64,000 bases of DNA from contig CAVSJV010000017.1 in NCBI GenBank assembly GCA_963728405.1, positions 32,001-96,000 on the forward strand, given 5' to 3'. This document shows, one piece after another, positions 9,700-21,632 of the stretch. The notes below the pieces were generated by a model. It made no database searches. It saw nothing but the letters and a program-made list of their open reading frames with translations, and was not told the origin of the DNA. The position numbers and the translations under genes are program-made. Each line of letters starts with the position of its first letter. Position 1 is the first letter of the stretch. The stretch comes from Methanomassiliicoccaceae archaeon. GTDB lineage: Archaea > Thermoplasmatota > Thermoplasmata > Methanomassiliicoccales > Methanomassiliicoccaceae.

Positions 9700-11082
9700 A
9701 TGCTCTCAGCGGAGAGGAGACAGCGCCCGAGTGGCGTGGACGCTATCGAAGAGCTATCGTACCACGACCACATATGCCTGCTGTCTGATGGCCCAGAGGA
9801 TAATCTCGACCTCCTGGTACGCTTCTTCGAAAAGGGTCTCGAGAAGGACGGCATGGACGTCTACGTGGCCAAGGATGAGGACGCCCAGCGATTGTTCGCA
9901 TACATGCGATCAGTGGGCTTCGACATCGATGGCCAGTTGCATAGCGGACGGTTCATGTACGCTCCCCGCGACAGGGTGGTCATCAAAGACGGTAAGTTCG
10001 AGCCTGACTCGCTCCTGAAAGCGTGGGAGGACGTGGTCACGGCCGCCATCGACAAGGGGTTCTCCGGAGTCTTCGGCGTAGGGGAGATGAGCTGGCACAT
10101 TGGCAACGAACCCGGCTTGGATCGGTTCCTGGAGTTTGAATCCCGCTACAACGATATCTGTCCGGACAACTCCATCATCGGGTTGTGCAACTACGATGTC
10201 ACCCGGTTCGCCTGGGAGACACTAGCGGGGGCGATGCGTACCCATCCCAAGGTCATCATCAACGGCCTATTGTGCCGAAACCCCTATTACGTGCCGTCGA
10301 AGGAGTGTGCCCGGCCCCGGGCCGAGGATGAGTTCGCCCGCTTGACCGACAATACCTTATCGATAGAGATATACCATCGCCAGCTCGAGGAGATGAACGC
10401 CCGCTTGAGCTCTGAGATGATGTTGAAGCTCGAGGCCGAATCATCCCTTAACGCTATGAACCGCAAGCTGGAGATACTAGGTCGGGTCACCCGGCACGAC
10501 ATGCTCAATCAGCTCTCGGTGCTCGACGGATATCTCACCATGAGCCGTTCGGAGGTCACCGACACCAAGGTGGCAGAGATGCTCAGCAAAGCTGGCCATG
10601 CAAGCGACAACATAGGAAAGTACCTCACCTTCACCCGCGATTACCTGGACGTGGGCACCCTCTCCCCCATCTGGTCTGACGCCGCGCTCGCCTTCGCCCG
10701 CGGAGCATCCACGGTCGATATTGGATGCATCGTCATAGATGTCCGCCTGGCCGGCCTGAAGCTCATGCTGATCGTATGCTGGAGAAGGTGTTCCACAACC
10801 TGGTCGATAACGCCGTCCGCCATGGGCAGAAGGTCAGCAGGATAGAGGTGAGCTACCGCCGAGAGGGCAAGGACGTGATCGATTACCTGCCGGGACGACG
10901 GCATCGGCCTGGACCAGGATTCTAGACTTCGACTATCCCACGGGCAATCCTCCCACGGCCTGAACCTAGCGAACGAGATCCTGCACATCACCGGGATGAG
11001 CATTAGCGAGGTCGGCGAGGAAGGAAGCGGCGCTTGTTTCGAGGTCCGGGTGCCAGCGGATAGCTACCGCATTCGGGACTGA
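9700..11082 (+). CDS. MEDS-domain sensor histidine kinase; frameshifts near 10765 and 10890
   Basis: MEDS motifs DHICL, GEMSW, CNYD, RTHP; H-box RHDMLNQL; N-box NLVDNAVRHG; DDGIG and GACFE in shifted frames. Confidence 0.8.
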
Positions 11083-11172
11083 GATCGAACGAAGGTGCGC
11101 CCCCAAAGGCCATTGCGGCGGAACAGGGAGATTCTTATTATGAAGGGAAAGCATCCAAACGATGGAGATCAG

Positions 11173-11877
11173 ATGGCGGTCAGGAAGATCATCAAGATTA
11201 ACGAGGAAAGGTGCAACGGTTGCGGCAAATGCGTGGACGCCTGTGCGGAGGGAGCATTGGAGATCAGGAGGGGCAAGGCCCGGGTCATCAAGGACCTACT
11301 TTGCGATGGGTTCGGGGCATGCCTGGGGGAGTGCCCCCAGGGAGCGCTCACCATCGAGGAGAGAGAGGCCACACCGTTCGACGAGGAAGCGGCCAAAAGG
11401 CACGTGGAGCTGATGAAGGAGCCCCAGTCCTGCGGTTGTCCTTCCGCCGCTCCACTTTTGCTCAAGCCCCAAGCCGCCGCCGGTACACCGACTGGAGAGG
11501 GCTCAGAACTGGGGAACTGGCCCATACAGATAAAATTGGTCTCCCCCAACGCCCCCTACTTCAAGGATGCCCATCTGTTACTGGCCGGCGACTGTACCGC
11601 CTTTACCTTCGCATCGATGCACTCCGACCTCATCAAGGGGAGGATGACCGTCATCGGTTGCCCCAAGCTCGATGATAACGAGGAGTTCATCGACAAGCTC
11701 TCCTCGATCCTCAGCGAGAACATCATCAGGGACGTCACCCTGGTGCACATGGAAGTGCCCTGCTGCGGCCAGATGAGGAGACTGGTCGAAGAGGCACGGA
11801 AGCGGTCCGGAAGCGCCATCCCGGTGAAGAGCTACACCATCCGCCGGACCGGGGAGCTGGTCGAGGACACTGCCTAG
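11173..11877 (+). CDS. 4Fe-4S dicluster ferredoxin-domain protein
   Basis: CNGCGKCVDAC, CDGFGACLGECP, GCP, WPIQ, GCPKLD, MEVPCC. Confidence 0.85.
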   Translation: MAVRKIIKINEERCNGCGKCVDACAEGALEIRRGKARVIKDLLCDGFGACLGECPQGALTIEEREATPFDEEAAKRHVELMKEPQSCGCPSAAPLLLKPQAAAGTPTGEGSELGNWPIQIKLVSPNAPYFKDAHLLLAGDCTAFTFASMHSDLIKGRMTVIGCPKLDDNEEFIDKLSSILSENIIRDVTLVHMEVPCCGQMRRLVEEARKRSGSAIPVKSYTIRRTGELVEDTA

Positions 11878-11898
11878 AACATCCAATGGCCAGATAGA

Positions 11899-11988
11899 GT
11901 TGGATGTATAATCCAACTATGTTGACCGCTCAGTAAAAGATATATATCGTGCCTTTCTTGGTCAAGTTGGTTGGATGTATACTCCAAC
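11899..11988 (+). promoter_or_regulatory. Two copies of a 19-bp palindromic operator flanking a TATA box
   Basis: GTTGGATGTATAATCCAAC (11899-11917) and GTTGGATGTATACTCCAAC (11970-11988), with ATATATAT at about 11940-11947 between them. Confidence 0.7.
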
Positions 11989-12003
11989 TTAGGAGCGGAT
12001 ATC

Positions 12004-13044
12004 TTGAGGGCAGCCGTACTGAGAAGGCCGGGAGATATGGCGATCGTCGACATGCCAGAGCCCGAGTGCCCCGTCGGCGGAGCGGTCATCCGGGTGGTGG
12101 CCTGTGCGGTCTGCCCCTCGGACATCAAGATGGCCCGGACCGGGCATCGCGATCTCTCCTATCCTCGCATCCTGGGACATGAGGTGGTTGGGGTGGTCGA
12201 AGGTTCCGATGCATCCCCTTCGATGGTTGAGGGCGACCTGGTCCAGGTATGGCCCGGCATCGCCTGCGGAACCTGCATACCCTGTCGGCGGGGGCAGGAC
12301 AACATGTGCGACCGCCAGGGCATCATCGGCTTCAACCGCGATGGCGGGTTCGCCGAGCGCATGGCCGTGCCGGCGGAGACCGTTCGGCGAGGCGGGGTGA
12401 ACGTTATCCCTCAGGGCCTCGATCCGGCACTGGCCTCGCTAACGGAGCCGCTGGCCTGTTGCGTCCACGGTCAGGACGCCGCCGCCCTCTCTGCCGCGGA
12501 CCGCGTGGTGATCCACGGTGCCGGCCCTATGGGCCTCATGCATGCCGCCCTGGCCGCCAGCAAGGGCGCGCCATGCTTGGTGATAGAGCCGGAGCAAGGT
12601 CGCCGGGAGCTGGCGTTGCGCATGGGTGCAGAGAGGACGGCGGACCCCCAGGAAGAGGACGTGGCCTCGGCCATCATGGACTGGAGCATGGGTCGGGGAG
12701 CGGACGTGGCCATACTGGCCACACCCCATGTAAAGGTCAACGACGCGCTCCTTAGGACACTGGCCCCCCGGGGAAGGATCTGCGTGTTCTCCGGCCTGCC
12801 CCGGAGCGATCCAGAGGTCCGGATGGACATCAATCTTCTGCACTACCGCGAGCTGACGATGGTTGGAGCCTACGGCTGCACCAGCGCCAGCAATACCAAG
12901 GCGCTGCATATGCTGGCCGGGGGGGAGGTCGACCTCATGCCCCTGCTGACCGAGCGCTTGCCTCTCGGTTCGCTCGAGAAGGCGTTCGGCCTGATCGAGC
13001 GACGGAAGGCGTACAAAATCGTGATCACGGAACTTACGAGGTGA
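12004..13044 (+). CDS. Zinc-dependent (MDR) alcohol/polyol dehydrogenase
   Basis: CPSD, GHE, CGTCIPCRRGQDNMC, GAGPMG. TTG start after AGGAG. Confidence 0.9.
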   Translation: MRAAVLRRPGDMAIVDMPEPECPVGGAVIRVVACAVCPSDIKMARTGHRDLSYPRILGHEVVGVVEGSDASPSMVEGDLVQVWPGIACGTCIPCRRGQDNMCDRQGIIGFNRDGGFAERMAVPAETVRRGGVNVIPQGLDPALASLTEPLACCVHGQDAAALSAADRVVIHGAGPMGLMHAALAASKGAPCLVIEPEQGRRELALRMGAERTADPQEEDVASAIMDWSMGRGADVAILATPHVKVNDALLRTLAPRGRICVFSGLPRSDPEVRMDINLLHYRELTMVGAYGCTSASNTKALHMLAGGEVDLMPLLTERLPLGSLEKAFGLIERRKAYKIVITELTR

Positions 13045-13048
13045 CGAC

Positions 13049-14167
13049 ATGGAAGAGAAGTTGAGACAATTCGGCAGCGGCGTGAACGATCTGATCGGCG
13101 GTAAGAGCCTGTCGAGGGCCCAGACCAAGGACCTGTTCCGGCAGGTGCTCTTGAACGAACAACCAGACCTGCAGCAGGGCGCGTTCCTGGCCGCCATCAC
13201 CGCGAAGGGCGCTACCCCCCAGGAGATCGCCGGCAGCTGGGAGGCCATCTACGAGATCGACACCATCAAGGTCACCCCCAATGTCACCACACCGCTGGTG
13301 GACAACTGCGGTACGGGCATGGACACGCTGAAGACCTTCAACATCTCCACTGCCGCCTCCATCATCGCCGCGGCTGACGGCATCGTCATGGCCAAGCACG
13401 GAGCGAGAGGCATTACTTCCAAGTGTGGCACCGTGGACATGATCGAGGCGCTGGGCGTGGATGTTGAATGCGATGTCAGCGTGGTCAAGAAGAGCATCGA
13501 GGAAACGGGCATCGGCATCTTCAACGGCATGTCGCCCAAGGTCCATCCCACCGCGTTGGGCCGCATCCTCTCGCAGATCAGGTTCGGGACAATTCTCAAC
13601 ATCGCCGGCTCTCTGGCGAACCCCGCTCTGCCAAAATACGGCGTCAGGGGGGTCTACTCCAAGGATATGCTCGCGCCGACATTACTGACGATGAAGGAGA
13701 TCGGTTACCACCGGGGGTTTGTCTTCCACGGACTGAACGCGTCGGGGACCAAGGGCATGGATGAGATGTCGACCCTCGGCCCCACCACGGTCATGGAGCT
13801 GAGCAAGAACGACTTGATCTCGACCTACCAGATCATACCGGACGATCTGGGCATCAAGGTCGCCCAGGAAGAGGACGTTCTCACCTCAGGCAACAAGGAA
13901 CTCGAGGTGCTCCGCCTGCTTAAGCTGCTGAACGGCGAGGAGGAGGGGGCGCGACAGGACATCGTTTGCCTCAATGCAGCCCCCATCCTCTGCATGATGG
14001 GGCGCGCTTCCACGCTGCAGGAAGGTGTAGAGAGGGCGAGGTCCATAGTCCAGGGCGGCAAGGCCATAAGTAAGTTGCAGGACTGGACCCGGTCGCAGAA
14101 CACCGACCCCTCGATGGGCGTCGGCAAGTTCAATGAGCTGATGAGCCGGGCGGACAGCCCGGCCTAA
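13049..14167 (+). CDS. trpD: Anthranilate phosphoribosyltransferase (TrpD family)
   Basis: DNCGTGMD, TFNIST, AKHG, GMDE, LNAA. Confidence 0.8.
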   Translation: MEEKLRQFGSGVNDLIGGKSLSRAQTKDLFRQVLLNEQPDLQQGAFLAAITAKGATPQEIAGSWEAIYEIDTIKVTPNVTTPLVDNCGTGMDTLKTFNISTAASIIAAADGIVMAKHGARGITSKCGTVDMIEALGVDVECDVSVVKKSIEETGIGIFNGMSPKVHPTALGRILSQIRFGTILNIAGSLANPALPKYGVRGVYSKDMLAPTLLTMKEIGYHRGFVFHGLNASGTKGMDEMSTLGPTTVMELSKNDLISTYQIIPDDLGIKVAQEEDVLTSGNKELEVLRLLKLLNGEEEGARQDIVCLNAAPILCMMGRASTLQEGVERARSIVQGGKAISKLQDWTRSQNTDPSMGVGKFNELMSRADSPA

Positions 14168-14176
14168 GCTCTTTTC

Positions 14177-14568
14177 TCATATCGGCTGCTGGTCGTCCTT
14201 CGCTTCCCCCGCTTCCCACCAGTTGTTCCTCTTCTTGTGGTTATCGACGGGCTCATCGGAGGTGAGGACGATGGATGAACGCTGGGGCTCGCCCTCGAAC
14301 TCCACCACCGGCACCTTGGCCGCCTTGTGGAGCTTGAGGACGAAACCCTTCATGAACTCCAGATCATCGATGCTCACATCGGAGGGGAACTGGAGGTAGA
14401 ACATGTGGACCTCCCTTATGGTATCGAAGTAGTATCTGATGTTGGCCTTGGCAAGAAGCTCCTTGAACTTAGGAGCGTCCTTCCGGCGCTGGGAGAGCTC
14501 AGCAGCCGGTCAGCCCAGACCGCGTCGGCGTTGATCATGATGGCCTCTACGCCCAGTACTTTCCACAT
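14177..14568 (-). CDS. Hypothetical protein of about 130 aa; frameshift near 14503
   Basis: MWKVLGVEAIMINADAVW joins an open frame ELSQRRKDAPKF...MFYLQFP. TATA-like element upstream. Confidence 0.55.
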
Positions 14569-14807
14569 GATTGCCTGGAAGCGGTTCAGCCTAATTAATT
14601 TATACGAGCGAGCTCCCCCTGCGCAAGCGAGTATCGCGCGATCATAACGCTTCGATCAATATCCTCCAAAGAGGATTACAGAAAGTATGGTCGGCACGAC
14701 CGGAACTCACGCTTGTGGACATTGGACCGCTACATCGTGAGGATGGTGCAGATCTGGTGGTTGAAGCAATGAGCGCTTTCAGAGAGGTAGTTCACTAGGG
14801 AGACATC

Positions 14808-15800
14808 ATGTATTTTTTGAGGGATTCACAATATCATCGTACACTCCAAAGGCAATGCTCTCGATACCACTGGGTGGAACCCCGCCGCGCGGCTTGAAAA
14901 GGTCGTGCCCAAGGGAGCGCCGAGGTCCACGTCCTCTCGGAATGATTCGATCCCTTGGGGAGCATCAAGGACCGTATCGCCATCTTCATGGTCGACCAGG
15001 CCAAGAAGTGGGCGACCTCCGGCCGGGGGACCAGATCGTCAAGGCCACCTCCGGCAACACCGGCATATCGTTCGCCTTGGTGGGGGCGACGGAGGGATAC
15101 CTCGTCACCATCGTCATGCCCGGGCAGATGAGCGTGGAGGGAAAGAATCTCATCAAGGCCCTAGGGGCCGAGATCATCTGTACGCCGGGCTACGGGAGCG
15201 ATGTGGACAAAACTCTGGCCAAGGTCCGAGGATCAAGGGGAGCGATCCATGGATCTGGGTACCGGACCAGTTCTCTTCCCCTGACAATATTCTGGCCCAT
15301 GTCAAGACCACCGGCCCCGAGCTGGTCGCAGGCGTGGGGCGGGGCATCCCTACCTTCGTGGCCGGGGTCGGAACGGGCGGTACGCTGATGAGCGTGGCGC
15401 GGTACTTGGAACAGGAGGTCATTCGCGCCGAGATCGTAGGCGTGGAGCTGTCGGAATCGGCGGCCATGCCCAGCGGGAAGGTTGGCCACCATAGCATCGA
15501 GGACATTGGCGATGGTTCCATCCCGCCATTGATGGACATGAGCGCAGTGATCAGAGTGGAGGCCGTATCGGCCCAGGAATCGGTGGACCTCACCCTTCGG
15601 CTGATGAGGGAGGATGGCATCATGGGCGGCATCTCCACCGGCGCCGACGTGGCCGCGGCGATCGGGTCGCTAGGGACCTCGGGCCGGGAAGGAAGGTCAT
15701 GACCCTGGCCCCGACTCGTGCACCAGGCAATTCTCCACCACGTTGTTCCGAGAGCCATTGAAAAGAACTTAAGTAATGACAGGCATTGGAGCGACGCTAT
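14808..15800 (+). pseudogene. cysK: Cysteine synthase (CysK/CysM family), degraded
   Basis: GSIKDRIA, ATSGNTG, GVGTGGT and HSIEDIG spread over three frames; eroded N-terminus and drifted motifs. Confidence 0.75.
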
Positions 15801-15801
15801 C

Positions 15802-15991
15802 ATGGTCGTACGCCTCCCGCCTCACAAGCACTGCCTGAACTGCGAGGAGCCCATCCCCGAGGACCGGGACTATTGCAACGAGGAGTGCATGGTCAAGTCC
15901 AAGGTCAAAGAGAAACAGGGCAGCCGCAAAATGATGATATTCTACATCCTCGCTGCGATCGCTCTAGTTGCTATCTGGCTCCTATCATTCA

Positions 15992-16002
<11 letters not shown>
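15802..16002 (+). CDS. DUF2116-like Zn-ribbon membrane protein
   Basis: PPHKHCLNCEEPIP...YCNEEC followed by a C-terminal TM helix. Confidence 0.8.
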
Positions 16003-18258
<2,256 letters not shown>

Positions 18259-18259
18259 C

Positions 18260-19501
18260 TTAATCCACCCTCGGCACGGTGATGCTTCCATCCATGCTGA
18301 CCAGGACCTTAGCGTCCTTGTTCTGGGCCAGTGCGGCGTCCACCGCCTCCTGTACGGTGGCGAAGGGACGGATGTTCGCCTTCTTCAGGAGCTCGGGGTC
18401 CAGGCCGGTCACGGCCCACACATTCGCCCATACCGCGATCTCGGCCATCTTGGCCGCCTTATGATAGCCAAGCTTGTACTCCTTGGCCAGGTTCTCCAGT
18501 ACCTTGCGTGGGTCGTCGGAGAGAGCTAGCTGTTGCAGGAAGGTGTCGTGGCCGATACCTTGGCGGCACTTGGACACCATGATAATGGTCCCACCCTCCT
18601 TCAATGCCCATTTTCCGTTGTCGAGCGCCTTCTGCGACTGATAGAGGTCCACATCCATGGGATAGGGGGCGATGGACACGACGACGTCGGCCTTCTCCTC
18701 GATCCTGACGGAGAAGACCTCGTTGGCCCACTTGACCGCCTGGGTGAAGGAGGCATGCAGGTCCCCGGCCTCGATCTTATAGATGTTCTGGTGACGGTCC
18801 AGCACGATCTGGATGGCGAAGATCGGTTTATCCTTCACGACCTTCAACGCGTCCATCATGTCCTCGTGGACGGGGTTGCCTTCCAGCACCAGCGCCTGCG
18901 CCTCCTGGCGCATCGCCAGCTTGTGGTTCTGCTCGATGGTCTTGCGCGAAGCGACCCCCGGCAGGAACGACTTCCGTCCCCCAGTATAGCCCGCGAAGTA
19001 GTGCGGCTCGACCGAAGTGATGATCACCAGGCGGTCGGCCTTCACAGCCATCTCATTGACGTGCATCTCGGTGCCGTTCTTCGAGGTGCCCAGGAACACG
19101 AAATTGTCCTTCTTGGAATCGTGGCTGTGAATGTTCGACTTCAGCTTGTCGTACTGCTTGCCGAAGATGAAGCGGTACTCCTCCTCGGTGGGAGCGCGGT
19201 GATCGCCGGTGGCGACGAGGTAGCGCGCCTTGGTCAGGTCCATTCGCTCCGCGAGCGCATCCAGTACCTTGCAGGTGGGCGTCGGCCGGGTGCCGTCGTT
19301 CACGATGAACACGATGTCCTTGCCGCCCTCCAGGAACTTTTCCAGAGCAGGGCCGGCCACGGGATTCTCCAACGCCCTGCGGATCTCCATCCTCTCGTCC
19401 CCGGTCTGGACATCCTTGGGGTAGATCGTTCCGGCGAAATTTTCCTCCGGCAGATGGAGGAACTGCTTCTCGTCCTTTCCGTAGGGGATGGTGAGCCTCA
19501 T
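18260..19501 (-). CDS. larA: Nickel-pincer lactate racemase family protein
   Basis: DGTRPTP, ATGDHR, PHYFAGYTGGRKSFLPG, NH, LYQSQK. Confidence 0.85.
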   Translation of the reverse strand: MRLTIPYGKDEKQFLHLPEENFAGTIYPKDVQTGDERMEIRRALENPVAGPALEKFLEGGKDIVFIVNDGTRPTPTCKVLDALAERMDLTKARYLVATGDHRAPTEEEYRFIFGKQYDKLKSNIHSHDSKKDNFVFLGTSKNGTEMHVNEMAVKADRLVIITSVEPHYFAGYTGGRKSFLPGVASRKTIEQNHKLAMRQEAQALVLEGNPVHEDMMDALKVVKDKPIFAIQIVLDRHQNIYKIEAGDLHASFTQAVKWANEVFSVRIEEKADVVVSIAPYPMDVDLYQSQKALDNGKWALKEGGTIIMVSKCRQGIGHDTFLQQLALSDDPRKVLENLAKEYKLGYHKAAKMAEIAVWANVWAVTGLDPELLKKANIRPFATVQEAVDAALAQNKDAKVLVSMDGSITVPRVD

Positions 19502-19763
19502 GACTAGAACCGATTTGGAATATTGGAGCCGATATATGAAGTTTTGACAAGACCTGACACGGTCCCGGGAGGAAAACACCAGGACCCGGGGCGGCGCTAC
19601 GAGTTACGCTCCCGGGACATCCCATTTTCTTGAGGGACCTGCGGTGCATCAACGGGCTAGACGACATCTATACTCTCCTTGGTGTTTTCATATATCGCTC
19701 ATTGACCGTGCCACCTTTTTATATCGCCTCGCGGATAATGCGCTCGGTCCGAAGGTGGCAGAA

Positions 19764-20489
19764 ATGACCGAGTACAAAGATTCCGATTGGACAGACGGCG
19801 TGTTCGTGGACAAGTTCTTGGACGCGGTGTACCTCAAGGTACCCCAGCGGCAGAGGATGTTCGAGCTAGCCGCCTCGTACTACCGTCATTTCCTCTCAGA
19901 CCGGACCGGAAATGTCATCCTGGACCTGGGGTGCGGCGACGGCATCCTCACCAAGGAACTTCTGGAGGTTGACGGGACCATCTCAGCTGTCCTTGTCGAC
20001 GCCTCATCGGATATGCTGCGGAATGCCAGAACGAAGCTTGCAGCGTACGATAGGATACGCTACGTTCATGCCAGCTTTGAGGACCTTATAGGGTCCAAGA
20101 CCGAGCTGGGACCTTTCGACATGGCTGTCTCCTCGTTGGCCATCCATCACCTGACGCTCAAGGACAAGAGGAGGCTGTTCGAGCTGATATTTCGGAGCTT
20201 GAACCCTGGAGGACATTTCCTGAACATCGACACCATGCTCCCGCCCACCCTGTCGCTGGAAGCCTGGTACCTGGTGCTATGGGAGGAATGGATGCGTCGC
20301 CGTTGCGATGATGCCCAACTGGCGGAAGGGATGGCCCTCATGAACGGACATCACCAGGTAGAGGCCCACCACGCTTGCCTGGACACCCTTGCCGACCAGC
20401 TGACGATCATGAAGGACGTAGGCTTCGAAGACGTGGACGTGGTCTTTAAGGATGGCATCTTCACTATCTATTGCGGACGAAGGCCCTGA
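19764..20489 (+). CDS. Class I SAM-dependent methyltransferase
   Basis: ILDLGCGDG, SSLAIHHL, LNPGG. Confidence 0.85.
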   Translation: MTEYKDSDWTDGVFVDKFLDAVYLKVPQRQRMFELAASYYRHFLSDRTGNVILDLGCGDGILTKELLEVDGTISAVLVDASSDMLRNARTKLAAYDRIRYVHASFEDLIGSKTELGPFDMAVSSLAIHHLTLKDKRRLFELIFRSLNPGGHFLNIDTMLPPTLSLEAWYLVLWEEWMRRRCDDAQLAEGMALMNGHHQVEAHHACLDTLADQLTIMKDVGFEDVDVVFKDGIFTIYCGRRP

Positions 20490-20672
20490 TCATCACGATC
20501 GTTGCCTAGGCCATCGAGCCACACCATGGGGTAGTAGGCCCATCGGAGCAAGTTAGCGGATAATGTAGGGCCTAAGAGAGCTTCGATGATCCATGGACCA
20601 GGTCCTTCCGGTAAGGCCAGAGACTGCCTCCGAAGAAAAAAGGATTTTAGCCCGTACGGCGCTGTGAGGGGC

Positions 20673-21632
20673 ATGAAGACCCTTGCCGACCTGGGAGAAA
20701 AGGAGATCATCTCCCTGCTGCTGCGGGACATAAAGACCGATGTTGCAGTAGGGCCCGGGGACGATGCCGCGGCCATCGACCTGGGAGGGCAATATCTGGT
20801 CGCCTCCACCGATGTCGTTTCCCGGACCGCTCACCTGCCCAAAGGGATGACCGACTGGCAGATCGGGTGGTTCGCCGCCGCGGTCAATTTCAGCGACATC
20901 GCGGCGATGGGGGCCCGGCCCCTCGGCCTGCTGCTCGCGTATGTTCTTCCGCGGAACATGCCGTTCGAGGACCTCCAGCGCATCGTGCAGGGGGCGCAGG
21001 ACTGCTGCCGGTCGGTGGACGCGGAACTGCTGGGCGGCGACACCAAGGAGGGTGAGGAGATGGTCATCGCCGGCACCGCCCTGGGCCTGGTGGACAAGGA
21101 CAAGATACTTTTAAGGAAGGGGGCGAGGGAGGGAGATTTGCTAGCGGTCACCGGCCCCCTCGGCCTGGCCGCCGCCGGCCATATTGCCAGTAAGAAGGGC
21201 ATATTCGCCCCCCGTACGGTCAAGGCGCTGTTAGAGCCACAGCCACGGATCAGGGAGGGGATGGTCCTATCCGCATCGGGCAAGGTCACCTCCTGCATGG
21301 ACATCACCGACGGCCTCGCCTACTCGATCGGAGAGCTATCTCGCCAGAGCGGGTCGCACTTCGAGGTGAGGTGGTGCTCGATACCGGTCGGGGAGGACGT
21401 CCAGAAGGTCGCCGACAAGAGCGGAATGGCGGTGAAGGACCTGGTGATGCACTTCGGCGGCGATTACGAGCTTCTGTTCACGCTGTCCCCGGACGCGGTT
21501 GACGATCTCTCCGCCGCATTGAGAGGGCGGCTGCACGTCATCGGCCGCGTCAAAGGAGAGCAAAACGTTTTAATCACCGCAGGGAAGGTAGTTCCCTTGG
21601 ACACTAGAGGTTACGAGCACTTCAGGAGCTAA
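20673..21632 (+). CDS. thiL: Thiamine-monophosphate kinase
   Basis: GDDAA, NFSDIAAMG, GGDT, DITDGL, GGDYELLFT, GYEHF. Confidence 0.93.
   Translation: MKTLADLGEKEIISLLLRDIKTDVAVGPGDDAAAIDLGGQYLVASTDVVSRTAHLPKGMTDWQIGWFAAAVNFSDIAAMGARPLGLLLAYVLPRNMPFEDLQRIVQGAQDCCRSVDAELLGGDTKEGEEMVIAGTALGLVDKDKILLRKGAREGDLLAVTGPLGLAAAGHIASKKGIFAPRTVKALLEPQPRIREGMVLSASGKVTSCMDITDGLAYSIGELSRQSGSHFEVRWCSIPVGEDVQKVADKSGMAVKDLVMHFGGDYELLFTLSPDAVDDLSAALRGRLHVIGRVKGEQNVLITAGKVVPLDTRGYEHFRS

Noticed and set aside
11950-12003. Two TGG codons upstream of the ADH-trpD operon as a possible Trp leader
   Set aside because: They have no start codon in frame and partly belong to the GTTGG operator sequence.
18533-19507. Long antisense and alternate-frame ORFs (also 50449-51438, 54829-55806, 29087-30091 and many others)
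   Set aside because: They are shadow ORFs of real genes, expected in GC-rich DNA, and carry no motifs.
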